Part shown: positions 32,423-42,962 of the stretch, in pieces
Numbering within the stretch: position 1 is the first letter of the stretch
Layout: the number at the start of each line of letters is the position of its first letter
Assembly: GCA_964535715.1 (NCBI GenBank)
Contig: CAZHUO010000002.1
Span: 16,916 to 80,915 of the forward strand
DNA from: an uncultured Gammaproteobacteria bacterium
Lineage (GTDB): Bacteria; Patescibacteriota; Patescibacteriia; Buchananbacterales; UBA6539
Length of the DNA stretch: 64,000 nt
Direction: 5' to 3'
The notes under the pieces: generated by a model
Seen by the model: the letters and a program-made list of their open reading frames with translations, nothing else
Told to the model about the DNA's origin: nothing
The model's database searches: none
Translations under genes and position numbers: made by a program

Positions 32423-34759
32423 ATGGGTTATAAAAATATTTTAGAAAAAATCAGCATTGGCGCGATTTTTTTTGGAATCGGCGTCACTTTATTTGTTCCG
32501 TTAATTACCAATAGTAATTTTGTTTTTCCTTTTATATTTCCAAAAGTAATTATTTTTCGCGTTGCAGTTTCCTTGATCTTTTTATTTTATTTACTTTTGG
32601 TTTATCTTGATAAAAAATATCTGCCCAGATTGAATTTAATTTTTTGGTTGATCTTTGGTTTTATCTTTATTGCTTTTGTTTCATCATTTTTCGGCCTTGA
32701 TTTTTATTTAAGTTTTTGGGGTGATATTGAAAGAAGTGAAGGTCTAATTTTATGGCTTCATTTGATGGCTTATTTCATAGTCTTATCCGGGGTTTTAAAT
32801 AATGAGAAGATTTGGCTGATTTTTTTTGATGTGTCATTATTTTCCAGTCTCCTTCTTTGTCTTTTTGCTTTAGCCCAGATTTTTAAGGTTGAATCGGTAT
32901 TAAATACAACCGGTGAAAGAGTCTCATCAACTATCGGTAATCCGGCATTTTTAGCGGTATATTTGATGTTTCAGCTGGCATTTTGCGCTTATTTGTTTAT
33001 AAAAAGGCCGATTTATTTAAAGTTTTATTATGTCGCATTGTTTTTATTTTTTTCCTATATCATTATTGAAACCGAGACTAGGGGAGCAGCAGTTGGATTA
33101 GCTGTTGCCTTTTTAGTTTCCGGCGGCTTATTTTTGCTGACAACAAAAAATAAAATAGTCAGGGTAGTATCCTTAATTTTAATTTCTTTTGTTATTTTAA
33201 GCAGCACCTTGATATATATTGGCCGAGATACCGATTTTATTAAAAATGATCCGACTTTGCGCCGCCTAGCTTCCATATCATTAAACAGCCCGACGGTTAA
33301 AACCCGTTTAGTCGCCTGGCAAGCTGCATGGAATGGCTGGCAGGATAGTTTTATTTTGGGTTATGGATTGGAAAATTTTAATAAAATTTTTGACAAAAAT
33401 TTTCCGCCTTCAATTTATGAAGAAGAAGGCTCGCAAGTTTGGTTTGACCGGGCGCATAATTTTATTTTTGACCGAGGTTTAACAAGCGGTATTTTGGGGC
33501 TTTCTCTGTATTTGGCTTTTATTTTATTGCCATCAGTAATATTTTTAAAAAAGATCTTTTTGAAGCCTGATGAGGAGGATGAAAAAGATGAGGCAGATTA
33601 TTATTTGTACATAATCTTTATCAGCTTTACCGTCGGTTTTTTAATTCAAAATTTATTTGTCTTTGAAACAGTCACAACTTATATTATTTTATTTTTCTGC
33701 TGGGCTTTTATTTCTTCTAAAATTGATTTGTTCAGATTAAAATTGGAAATAAACAATAAGATATGGTTTTCAGCATTTGTTTTATTTTTGATTTTATTAA
33801 CCCCTTTAATTTGGTTTTCTGATATTAAGCCGGCTTTGGCAAATGCCGAAGTGGCCAAGGCTTTGCATTTAGAAAAAAATTTAAGCGACCCAAAAGCCAA
33901 GTATGATTTTTTTGATGTGGTTGATGAATTTAAAAAAGGGCTAAAGATTCAAACATATGGCCTGCCGGAATACAGAATTCAATTTATTGAGTTTTTATAT
34001 AATCAGCTGGCGAATGTTGGATCGGTATCAGAAAAAGTCAAGCCCGAACTTTTATATGGCCAGGAAATTATTAATGATCATCTATTGCAAAGGCCCAACG
34101 ATGCCAAAAGCTATCTTTTGGCCATGAGATTTTATAATTACACTTTTAATTCTTTACCAGGCCAAGAAATTGAACGTTTGGACACTTCACTTGTTTTTTT
34201 CCCAAAGCTTAAAGAATTAAGCCCGACTCGGCCGCATGTTTATCAGGAAGCCGGATTTTCTGAGCTTTATAAATTTAGAATATATCAACAAAATAATGAT
34301 TTAGATTTAGCTGAAAAGTCCAAAGAAAAGGCTGAAGAATATTTTAAGCAAGCAGTAAAATTAAATCCGAAGGTTGTTGAGTCGCATATTAATTTAATAA
34401 TGCTTTATTTAAATTCCGGACAAGATGAAAAAATTCAGGAGGTCATAAATAATATGGAAGAAAACGAGGCTGATTTTAGAGATGCTGATTATCTCAGTCG
34501 TTTAATCAGTCTTTCCGTTGGCAATAAAAATTATAAATGGTCAGTTTGGTTTGCCGAAGAATTCATTAAAATAGATCAGAAAAATCTCGGCGCATGGAAT
34601 AATTTGGCCATATCTTATGCATATCTTGGCCAAGATGAAAAAGCAATAGAAATTGCAGAAAAAATGAAAGAAATTTTTTCCGGAACTTATGGTTTGAATA
34701 ACGACATTAATTTGTTTATTCAATCGATTAAAGCCGGAAAATACAAGGAAAAAGATTGA
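32423..34759 (+). CDS. O-antigen ligase-like (Wzy_C) polytopic membrane protein with C-terminal TPR domain
   Basis: More than 10 TM segments. ETETRGAAVGLAV loop typical of O-antigen ligase family. C-terminal TPR-like repeats. Confidence 0.7.
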   Translation: MGYKNILEKISIGAIFFGIGVTLFVPLITNSNFVFPFIFPKVIIFRVAVSLIFLFYLLLVYLDKKYLPRLNLIFWLIFGFIFIAFVSSFFGLDFYLSFWGDIERSEGLILWLHLMAYFIVLSGVLNNEKIWLIFFDVSLFSSLLLCLFALAQIFKVESVLNTTGERVSSTIGNPAFLAVYLMFQLAFCAYLFIKRPIYLKFYYVALFLFFSYIIIETETRGAAVGLAVAFLVSGGLFLLTTKNKIVRVVSLILISFVILSSTLIYIGRDTDFIKNDPTLRRLASISLNSPTVKTRLVAWQAAWNGWQDSFILGYGLENFNKIFDKNFPPSIYEEEGSQVWFDRAHNFIFDRGLTSGILGLSLYLAFILLPSVIFLKKIFLKPDEEDEKDEADYYLYIIFISFTVGFLIQNLFVFETVTTYIILFFCWAFISSKIDLFRLKLEINNKIWFSAFVLFLILLTPLIWFSDIKPALANAEVAKALHLEKNLSDPKAKYDFFDVVDEFKKGLKIQTYGLPEYRIQFIEFLYNQLANVGSVSEKVKPELLYGQEIINDHLLQRPNDAKSYLLAMRFYNYTFNSLPGQEIERLDTSLVFFPKLKELSPTRPHVYQEAGFSELYKFRIYQQNNDLDLAEKSKEKAEEYFKQAVKLNPKVVESHINLIMLYLNSGQDEKIQEVINNMEENEADFRDADYLSRLISLSVGNKNYKWSVWFAEEFIKIDQKNLGAWNNLAISYAYLGQDEKAIEIAEKMKEIFSGTYGLNNDINLFIQSIKAGKYKEKD

Positions 34760-34761
34760 TT

Positions 34762-37617
34762 ATGTTTTTTAAATTATATTATCGCATAATAAAATCAAAA
34801 AGGATAAAAATTTTTTCAATTTTTTTGGCCATTTTGATTTTAGCTGGTTTGTTTTTTTTGTCTTTTGCAAAAACCAGCTTTGTATCAGTTGAAAGCCGAG
34901 CTGAATTTTTGCGCAGCCATCCGACTATACAGAAGCTTCTGCCGCTTTATTGGAAAATCAGGAAAATTGGTGATATTACATATTTTCCGTATGTTTTTAA
35001 AAAAAATGAATTGCCGACTTATCGACTTGTAATAAAGCCGGAAAACTTAAAGATTTTAAATGATAATCTGCCTGATGAATTCATGTCGGTAATCTATGGC
35101 GATAAAACCTATGTGCCGGCTAAATTTTATTATCAGGAAAAAGAATATGATGTAAAAGTCCGCTATCGCGGTGATACTGCTATTCATTGGAATGCCCCGA
35201 AAAAATCTTATCATGTTAAATTTGACAAAGACCAGCCGTTTAACGGTTTTAGGGAGCTTGCTTTTGTTATTGCGGATGATCGAAAATTTGTTTTAGAATA
35301 TTTTAACAATTATCGCGCAGATAAGTTTGGCTTATTTCACCCGCCAAGCTTTTTTGCTAATTTAAATTTAAATGGCAATAAACAAGGCTTGTATTTTGTG
35401 ATCGAGGGCTGGTCGCAGGAAATGCTGACTAAATGGGAAGTACCCGATGAAGCCAATCTTTATGGCGATGATAATTTTGGCGTCGTGTGGGACAGCCCTT
35501 TTGGCTGGCGCTTGGTGACAAAAGACAGCCAGGATCGGTTTGCCTTTGATAATTTTTCGGCCATGAACTATTTATTGGATCTATTCAGTAATTCAACCGA
35601 TGAGGAATTTTTTTCTCAAATATTCAATTTGCTGGATGAAGAAAATTTTTATAATTGGCAGATTCAAAATCAACTTATTAATTCGTCGCATCAAAACTTG
35701 GGGAATATCCAATTTTATTTTGATGATTCAAGAGGAAAATTTTATATTATTCCCTGGGATGTTATGGGTGATTCGGTCGATACCGATAATTTCACTAACT
35801 ACGGCCCGATTGCCAGGCGGATTTTTACCAATCCGGAATTTTTTCACAAAAAAAATCTAATGCTTTATCAGTATGTATCTGATGAAAAAAATCTTGAAGA
35901 TGATTTAAAGTTTTATGACCAATCCTATAATAGTATTAAGCCGGCTTTATATAAAGATCGGGAAAAAATTTATACAAACGCTTGGGCTGACAGTATTTAC
36001 AAAGAAAACCGGGAAAAAATTATTACGGTTTTTAATCGGCTAAAAGAACATTTAAAATCAGGTTCTATTTTTGCCGAAATTGCCGTTAATGACGATGATA
36101 ATATAAAAATTAATTCAGTAAATTTATTAGCTGAAATCAATCTGACCGCTAAAAGCGTGCCGGAATTTTATTTAATCTCGGTTAAGCCGGAGTTAATTGA
36201 TAATTTGGCAGAAGCTGACTATCAATTATATTATGATTCTAATTCTAATAATGAATTTGATTTAAAAGACCAGAAGCTAGAAGATCCAAAAAAGGTTATG
36301 ATTTATAGCAGGCAAGCAATCAATCCAGTAAACAGCAGGCTTGAGCCGCAATCGACAAAATATAAGTTTTTTCTAGTCAGCAATAATGTTTCGCCGCAGG
36401 AATTTGCAGGCAAGGTAAAGTCTTTTGAGCTTGAATTGGAAAATGCAATCACCGCCGAAATTCTTGAAAAAGAAAATATTGACCTGAAAATAGTCGGTCG
36501 AAATGTTTTTAAATATTTTTCAGCAATAAATGATATAAGCGGTTTTATAAAAAAATACCCGATTTTTAAAGTCGATGAATCAAGCAAGGAAATATTGCTT
36601 GATTCAGGCTTTTATCAAATCAATCAGACAGTTATTGTTCCAAAAGGCTTTACCTTAAAAATTATGGCGGGCGCTAATTTAATTTTCGGCCCAAAAACTT
36701 CATTAGTCAGCTATAGTCCGGTTTTGGCTTTGGGCACAAAAGAAAAGCCAATTATAATTTCCGGGCAATCTGGCAGCCAACCTTGGGGTGTTTTTGCAGT
36801 TTTAGACCAGGGTAAACAAGAAAGCAAATTTAGCTACGTCCAATTTTTAGGCGGAAAAGATGATTATATCAACGGCGCATATTTTTCCGGCCAGCTTTCG
36901 GTTTATTTTTCCGATGTGCTAATTGATAATTGCCAATTTTCCGATGCCAATGCGGATGATTCTTTAAACGTTAAAAAATCAAAAGTTATAATTTCCAACA
37001 GCCTGTTTTTCAACAACAGCGCTGATGCGATAGATTTTGATTTTATTAAAGACGGTGAAATAAACAATAGCCGATTTTTCAATAATGGCAACGATGGAAT
37101 TGATATAAGCGGTTCGGAGGTTTTGCTTAAAGGTAATTATATTGAGAAATCCGGAGATAAGTGCATCAGTATCGGTGAATATTCGCGAGGTTCAAAAATT
37201 TATAATAATGTTTTAAACGGCTGTAATATCGGCATTGAAGTAAAAGACGGTTCTAATCCTTTTATTATTAATAATGTGATAGTAAATAATAATATTGGTA
37301 TAAATGCCTACGTTAAAAAACCGGTCTTTTCCGGAGATCTGATTACGGTTTATAACAGCATCATATGGAATAATAAGGAGCCGATAAAAACCGCAGACAA
37401 CATGTCAATTGAAATTTATTCAAGTGATCTTCCCGTCTACTCTGATAAAAATAATAATTTTGATATTGAGCCAATTTTTAGCAATCCGGATGAAAAAGAC
37501 TTTACAATAAATAAGGATAATGTTAAAATGTCATTTATTGATAAAGGCAATTCAGCTATTTTAGAAAGTGTTTTGAATATTAAAATAAAAAAAGCTCCCA
37601 TTGGTTTAATCAGATAA
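34762..37617 (+). CDS. CotH kinase family protein fused to a right-handed beta-helix domain
   Basis: CotH pattern VKVRYRGDTAIHWNAPKKSYHVKF...LNLNGNKQGLYFVIEG. C-terminal NNSADAIDF / NNGNDGIDISGS beta-helix repeats. ATG 34762 preferred over TTG 34756. Confidence 0.75.
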   Translation: MFFKLYYRIIKSKRIKIFSIFLAILILAGLFFLSFAKTSFVSVESRAEFLRSHPTIQKLLPLYWKIRKIGDITYFPYVFKKNELPTYRLVIKPENLKILNDNLPDEFMSVIYGDKTYVPAKFYYQEKEYDVKVRYRGDTAIHWNAPKKSYHVKFDKDQPFNGFRELAFVIADDRKFVLEYFNNYRADKFGLFHPPSFFANLNLNGNKQGLYFVIEGWSQEMLTKWEVPDEANLYGDDNFGVVWDSPFGWRLVTKDSQDRFAFDNFSAMNYLLDLFSNSTDEEFFSQIFNLLDEENFYNWQIQNQLINSSHQNLGNIQFYFDDSRGKFYIIPWDVMGDSVDTDNFTNYGPIARRIFTNPEFFHKKNLMLYQYVSDEKNLEDDLKFYDQSYNSIKPALYKDREKIYTNAWADSIYKENREKIITVFNRLKEHLKSGSIFAEIAVNDDDNIKINSVNLLAEINLTAKSVPEFYLISVKPELIDNLAEADYQLYYDSNSNNEFDLKDQKLEDPKKVMIYSRQAINPVNSRLEPQSTKYKFFLVSNNVSPQEFAGKVKSFELELENAITAEILEKENIDLKIVGRNVFKYFSAINDISGFIKKYPIFKVDESSKEILLDSGFYQINQTVIVPKGFTLKIMAGANLIFGPKTSLVSYSPVLALGTKEKPIIISGQSGSQPWGVFAVLDQGKQESKFSYVQFLGGKDDYINGAYFSGQLSVYFSDVLIDNCQFSDANADDSLNVKKSKVIISNSLFFNNSADAIDFDFIKDGEINNSRFFNNGNDGIDISGSEVLLKGNYIEKSGDKCISIGEYSRGSKIYNNVLNGCNIGIEVKDGSNPFIINNVIVNNNIGINAYVKKPVFSGDLITVYNSIIWNNKEPIKTADNMSIEIYSSDLPVYSDKNNNFDIEPIFSNPDEKDFTINKDNVKMSFIDKGNSAILESVLNIKIKKAPIGLIR

Positions 37618-37620
37618 TTT

Positions 37621-38376
37621 ATGCCGAAATTGAATTTACATTTTCAGAGATTTGAATTTAAATATTATCTGCCGAAAAATAAAGCAGATAAAATAATTCC
37701 GGCTTTTTTGGCTCATATGGAATGGGATCCCTATATTCAGGGAACCGGCCGGGATTTTTATGAAGTAAACAGCCTTTATTTTGACAGTTCTAATTTTGGT
37801 TGTTTTTGGGACAAGGAAAGCGGAATTGCTGACCGAAAAAAATTGAGACTCAGGTTTTATGGTCAGGAAATTAATGATAAAACGCCTGTATTTGTCGAAA
37901 TAAAGAGAAAAAAAGATGCTTTGGTAATTAAGGATAGAATCAAACTGGAAGCGGCTGATTGTTTTAATAATGTTTTTGATGAAAAATTACTTGGATTGTT
38001 AAGTAAAGATCAGGAAAATAATTTTTTGCAGGAGTTAGTTTGGTTTAAAAAAAGAAATGTAATGAGGCCAAAGCTTTTTGTATCTTATAATCGCAAAGCA
38101 TTAATCAGCAAAATGGATAAAAGATTCAGGGTGACATTTGATTATAATATTAAAACCAAACTTCTTAATGATTTTAAGGATTACAGCTGCAACAATTTAA
38201 AAGAAGTATATCCTAACGGTTTGATTTTGGAGCTTAAATATAATAATATTTTGCCGGCTTGGTTTCAGCAAATCATCCAAAAATATCAGCTTCAGAGAAT
38301 AGCTTTTTCCAAATACTGCAATTCATTGAGAAAAGTTGTTCCGAACCTTGATGATAATAATTATTCAATAAATTAA
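37621..38376 (+). CDS. VTC (polyphosphate polymerase-type) domain protein
   Basis: RFEFKYYL, SLYFDS, KLRLRFY, VFVEIKRK. Confidence 0.7.
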   Translation: MPKLNLHFQRFEFKYYLPKNKADKIIPAFLAHMEWDPYIQGTGRDFYEVNSLYFDSSNFGCFWDKESGIADRKKLRLRFYGQEINDKTPVFVEIKRKKDALVIKDRIKLEAADCFNNVFDEKLLGLLSKDQENNFLQELVWFKKRNVMRPKLFVSYNRKALISKMDKRFRVTFDYNIKTKLLNDFKDYSCNNLKEVYPNGLILELKYNNILPAWFQQIIQKYQLQRIAFSKYCNSLRKVVPNLDDNNYSIN

Positions 38377-38389
38377 ATTAATAAAAATT

Positions 38390-39076
38390 ATGCCGCAAAA
38401 TTTGTTTAACATCACGCCGATTGGCGAGCCTTTAACTTTATTGACAATAATAATCACTATTTTGTTAGCATTTATATTGTCTTTGGCTGTTGCTTGGGTT
38501 TATAAAATTACCCACAAAGGCCTTTCGTATTCACAATCATTTACTTTTACTTTAATTTTAATCGGCTTATTGCTGTCGGTTATTATGATGGTAATCGGCA
38601 ACAGCTTAGCGATTGCATTCGGAGCATTCGGCGCATTTTCTTTGATTCGTTTTCGCACAGCAATAAAAGATACAAAAGACGTGGCCTTCATTTTACTTGC
38701 TGTGACAATTGGCTTGGCAATGGGGACAAGGAATTTCTTAATTGCCATTATAATTACTGTTTTTACCTTGTTGGTTATTTATATATTGACAAAGATCAAT
38801 TTTGGCTCGATAAAAAAGTATGATTATATTTTGAATTTTTCCGCCAATAGTAATATTTTTTCTAATGAAAAAATGCGCAAGCTTTTTAGCGAATTTTTTA
38901 AATATGATAATTTGTTAAATGTTGTTTCCAAAGAAAATGGCAGGATTCTAGATTATACTTTTAATATTAAATTCATTAAATCCGAAGAATTGGAAGCGTT
39001 TATCAAGAAATTCAGTCAGCTTGAGGGAGTTACCAATATTGACATTATCAGTGCAAAAAACGACATCGAATATTAA
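38390..39076 (+). CDS. DUF4956 domain membrane protein
   Basis: AFILSLAVAWVYKITHKGLSYSQSF...GAFSLIRFRTAIKDTKDVAFILLAVTIGLAMG. Confidence 0.65.
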   Translation: MPQNLFNITPIGEPLTLLTIIITILLAFILSLAVAWVYKITHKGLSYSQSFTFTLILIGLLLSVIMMVIGNSLAIAFGAFGAFSLIRFRTAIKDTKDVAFILLAVTIGLAMGTRNFLIAIIITVFTLLVIYILTKINFGSIKKYDYILNFSANSNIFSNEKMRKLFSEFFKYDNLLNVVSKENGRILDYTFNIKFIKSEELEAFIKKFSQLEGVTNIDIISAKNDIEY

Positions 39077-39083
39077 ATTCATT

Positions 39084-39116
39084 AAAAAAACACTTTGTGA
39101 AAGCAAAGTGTTTTTA
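39084..39116. terminator. Bidirectional intrinsic terminator
   Basis: aaaaaa-ACACTTTG-tgaaag-CAAAGTGT-tttt, between convergent genes. Confidence 0.75.
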
Positions 39117-39142
39117 TATTGGTTGTAATTATTTGTAAACTC

Positions 39143-40264
39143 TTATTCGCTATAAATTTTTTTTGTTCTTTCAACCATTTTTTCTAAGCTAAAATAATTT
39201 TCTACATCAATTTTTGCTTGCCTGCCAATTTTTACTGCTAAAACATTATCTTTTAGCAGGCGAGTGATTTTTGTTGCCAAATCAGACGGGCTGAATGGTT
39301 CAACCAGCAAGCCGTTGGTTTCGTTTTTTAACATTTCCGGAATTCCGCCTACTTTTGTGGCAACAATTGGCAAGCCGGCGCGCATCGCTTCCAAAATGGC
39401 ATATGGAAAGCCTTCTTTTATTGAAGGCAAAACGAAAATGTCAAAGGCGTTAAGGTATTTTTTTGCATCCAGTACTTTTGACAAAAAAAAGTTATTTTGC
39501 AAATTAAGACCTCTAATTTTCAATTTTAATTCCTTTTCCAGCTGGCCAAAGCCGATTAATCTGAAAATTATATCAGGAAATTGTTTTGTAATTTCTTTGG
39601 CTGCAGAAATTAAATATGTTAAGCCTTTAGTTTCATAAAAGTTTGCAATAGTTCCAATAACAATTTTATCTGGTGGTAAATCAAGTTTTTGCCTGGCAAT
39701 TACTTTATTTAGAAAATCTATCGGTTCAATGCCGTTATTTATCGTAATAAGCTTATTTTCAGGGGCAATTTTATTTTTTATTCCGGCTTGCCGGTCAAAT
39801 TCCGAAACGCAAATCAGCTTGTCTTTGTATCTGGCGGAAAATTTTTCGGCAAAAGTGTAAATATTTTTTTGCAAGTTGCTCATTGGTTCGTTGAAAACAA
39901 AGCCGTGGACCGTATAGATAATTTTTTTTACTTTAGCATGCTTTCCGGCTATTGCTCCAATTACTCCGGCTTTGCTGCTGTTGAGGTGTAAAACATCGGG
40001 TTTTAATTCATTAATCAATTTTTTTATTTCAAAATATGCCTTTATGTCTTCAAGCGGACTGATTTCTCGAATTAAATGTTTTAATTTATAATTTTTTATG
40101 CCATGTTTGTTCAGTTTACTATAGAGTTCCTCATTTCCGCCGGCCGCTACCATTACTTCATATTTTTCTTGTGGCAAATTTGTCGCTAAATCAAAAATAT
40201 AGTGCTGAGCTCCGCCCCATTCCGATTGAGTAACAATATATAAAATTTTGCTGATTTTAGCCAT
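39143..40264 (-). CDS. Glycosyltransferase family 4
   Basis: SIKEGFPYAILEAMRAGLPIVATKVGGIPEML. Confidence 0.85.
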   Translation of the reverse strand: MAKISKILYIVTQSEWGGAQHYIFDLATNLPQEKYEVMVAAGGNEELYSKLNKHGIKNYKLKHLIREISPLEDIKAYFEIKKLINELKPDVLHLNSSKAGVIGAIAGKHAKVKKIIYTVHGFVFNEPMSNLQKNIYTFAEKFSARYKDKLICVSEFDRQAGIKNKIAPENKLITINNGIEPIDFLNKVIARQKLDLPPDKIVIGTIANFYETKGLTYLISAAKEITKQFPDIIFRLIGFGQLEKELKLKIRGLNLQNNFFLSKVLDAKKYLNAFDIFVLPSIKEGFPYAILEAMRAGLPIVATKVGGIPEMLKNETNGLLVEPFSPSDLATKITRLLKDNVLAVKIGRQAKIDVENYFSLEKMVERTKKIYSE

Positions 40265-40278
40265 TTTTTTAGAGTAAA

Positions 40279-40310
40279 GTTAACTGTTAACTGTTAAATG
40301 TTAACTGTTG
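40279..40310. repeat. Tandem GTTAACT heptamers in a divergent promoter region
   Basis: GTTAACT GTTAACT GTTAAAT GTTAACT GTTG. Three GTTAAC palindromes. Confidence 0.7.
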
Positions 40311-40449
40311 AATTAGTGTTGACCAAAAGTTTAATTTATATAATAATGATAAGGTATAATTGTTTAATAATCAAGCTTAATTTTTACTAAATTTACTTAA
40401 TTTAGCAAAACCCTTTTTGGGGGTTTTATTAAATTTTATAATTCAAACT

Positions 40450-41700
40450 ATGGAAACAAAAATTTGTGTTGTAGGGCTTGGATATGTTGGCTTGCCTTTG
40501 GCCTGCCTTTTTTCAAAAGAATATAAAGTCTATGGTTTTGATGTTAATCAAAAAAAGATTGATGAATTAAAAAATGGCTTTGACCGAACCAATGAAGTTG
40601 AAAATCTGAAAAATTACAAGCTGGAATATTCAAGCGATCCGTCAATAATCAAGAAGGCTAACTTTATTATTGTTGCTGTGCCAACACCGATTTTGTACGA
40701 TAAGCGGCCGGATTTAAGCTTAGTTATCAGCGCCTCAGAGATTGTCGGCAAAAATTTGCAGCCTGGCTCAATCGTGGTTTATGAAAGTACGGTCTATCCT
40801 GGTTGTACTGAAGAAAAATGTTTGCCAATTTTGGAAATGGAGTCAGGGCTAGTCTTGGGTAACGGTTTTAAAATAGGTTATTCGCCGGAACGGGTTAATC
40901 CCGGCGATAAAATTCATACGATTGATAAGATTTTCAAAATTGTTTCTGGAAGCGACAAAGAAGCTTTGGAAAAAATCGCTGAAGTCTATGGATCAATTAC
41001 AAAAATTCATAAAGCTCAAAGCATCAAAGTCGCAGAAGCAGCTAAAGTGATTGAAAATGTCCAGCGCGATTTGAATATAGCTTTGATGAATGAGCTGGCT
41101 TTAATTTTTGATCGTTTGGGAATCAACACCCGCGAAGTAATAGAAGCGGCCGGTACGAAATGGAATTTTCATAAATACTATCCGGGATTAGTTGGCGGAC
41201 ATTGCATCGGTGTTGATCCGTATTATCTGACTTACAAGGCGATGCAAGTCGGTTATAATCCGCAGGTAATTTTGGCCGGTCGGGGTATTAATGAATTTAT
41301 GACAGAATTTGTTGCTTCAAAATTAGTAGATTGCCGAAAAATTTTGGTAATGGGCTTAACCTTTAAAGAAAATGTGACGGATGTCAGAAACAGCAAAGCC
41401 AATGATCTGATAAGTAAACTGCGGGGCCAGGGCTCGGAAGTTTACGGATATGATCCGTTGCTGGAAAATTTTAAAGATGCCTTGTCCCGATTTGGCTATA
41501 CTTTGATTGAAGATTTTCCTCCTGATAAAAAATTTGATGCAATTATATTGTTTAGCCCTCATGATATTTTCAAATCGAAAAAATATTCACTTGATAATCT
41601 AAAAAATATTTGTAATGAAAATCCAATTTTATTTGATATGAAAGGTTTTTATAATAAAATTGATGCGGAAAATTCCGGTTTTAAATATTTAACGCTCTAA
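40450..41700 (+). CDS. Nucleotide-sugar (UDP-N-acetyl-hexosamine type) dehydrogenase
   Basis: KICVVGLGYVGLPLA and GGHCIGVDPYYL. Start at ATG 40450 (METKICVVG). Confidence 0.8.
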   Translation: METKICVVGLGYVGLPLACLFSKEYKVYGFDVNQKKIDELKNGFDRTNEVENLKNYKLEYSSDPSIIKKANFIIVAVPTPILYDKRPDLSLVISASEIVGKNLQPGSIVVYESTVYPGCTEEKCLPILEMESGLVLGNGFKIGYSPERVNPGDKIHTIDKIFKIVSGSDKEALEKIAEVYGSITKIHKAQSIKVAEAAKVIENVQRDLNIALMNELALIFDRLGINTREVIEAAGTKWNFHKYYPGLVGGHCIGVDPYYLTYKAMQVGYNPQVILAGRGINEFMTEFVASKLVDCRKILVMGLTFKENVTDVRNSKANDLISKLRGQGSEVYGYDPLLENFKDALSRFGYTLIEDFPPDKKFDAIILFSPHDIFKSKKYSLDNLKNICNENPILFDMKGFYNKIDAENSGFKYLTL

Positions 41701-41704
41701 TTTG

Positions 41705-42823
41705 ATGAAAGTATTGATAATTTCATTAGCTTACCCGCCGTTTGTCGGCGGTGCTGAGCTGGCAGTAAAAGAAATCACCGATAGGATTTCCAGTTTAAGT
41801 TTTGACATGATTACAGCAAACCTAGATGGAAGACAAAAAGAGTCTGAAAAAATCGGCAACATAAATATATATCGAGTAGGCAAGGGTGTAGTTTCAAAAT
41901 ATTTGTTTCCATTTATCGGCTTTAAAAAAGCTGAAGAATTACATAAAAAAAATAAATACGATGTTGTTTGGGCAATTATGGCAAATCAGGCCGGTTTAGC
42001 GGCTTTAAAATTTAAAAAGAAATTTCCCAATGTCAAATACATTCTGACTTTGCAGGAAGGGGATTCACTTTTAAGAATTTGGTCTCGAACTTGGTTTATG
42101 CGCTCTCGTTATAAAAAAATTTATCTGAAAGCTGATTTAATCCAGGCAATAAGCAATTTTTTGGCCAATCGGGCGAAAAAATACGGCTATAAGGGAAAAA
42201 TGGAAATTGTGCCAAACGGCGTTGACCTTTCCAGTTTTAGCAGGGAATTTGATTTGCAGGAGTTGCTAGATTTTAAAAAAAGTTTGGGTTTGGCTAAAGA
42301 AGATAAAGTTGTAACCACTATATCTCGTTTAGTCCATAAAAACGGAATAGATACTTTGATAAAATCAGCCAGAAATTTATCGGTAAAAGTTTTGATTATC
42401 GGATCAGGCAAGCTTGAAAACAGGCTTAAGTCATTGGCCCAGGAAACAGGGGTTAGGGATAAAGTTTTGTTTTTGGGCTATATTTCTTCTGAAAAGCTCT
42501 CAAAATATTTAAAAATTTCAGATGTGTTTGTTCGGACTTCCCGTTCTGAAGGCCTGGGCTCGGCGTTTTTAGAGGCAATGGCCGCGGAAGTTCCGGTAAT
42601 TGGCACATGCGTCGGTGGTATTCCTGATTTTTTAAAGCCCGAAGAAACAGGCTTATTTTGCGAGGTCGGAAATCCGACTGACTTGGCAAGTAAAATTTCT
42701 GTTTTACTTTCAAACGAGGAATTAAAAAATAAGTTGGTAAAAAACAGCAAAAAGCTAGTTTTGGAAAATTATGACTGGCAGGCAATTTCCCAAAAAATGG
42801 AAAGCGTTTTTAAATCATTATGA
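41705..42823 (+). CDS. Glycosyltransferase family 4
   Basis: SRSEGLGSAFLEAMAAEVPVIGTCVGGIPDFL. Confidence 0.85.
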   Translation: MKVLIISLAYPPFVGGAELAVKEITDRISSLSFDMITANLDGRQKESEKIGNINIYRVGKGVVSKYLFPFIGFKKAEELHKKNKYDVVWAIMANQAGLAALKFKKKFPNVKYILTLQEGDSLLRIWSRTWFMRSRYKKIYLKADLIQAISNFLANRAKKYGYKGKMEIVPNGVDLSSFSREFDLQELLDFKKSLGLAKEDKVVTTISRLVHKNGIDTLIKSARNLSVKVLIIGSGKLENRLKSLAQETGVRDKVLFLGYISSEKLSKYLKISDVFVRTSRSEGLGSAFLEAMAAEVPVIGTCVGGIPDFLKPEETGLFCEVGNPTDLASKISVLLSNEELKNKLVKNSKKLVLENYDWQAISQKMESVFKSL

Positions 42824-42962
42824 ATCCCGTCAGAAGTCGCGGTTATGTTAATTACAAAAACTATCAAAATGTTTAATAAACTTATAAATAATTTAATTTG
42901 GCCAAGCGGTATTGATTTATTTTCTTTAGAGATAAGACAGGCCGCCACCTACTTTTAACGGG

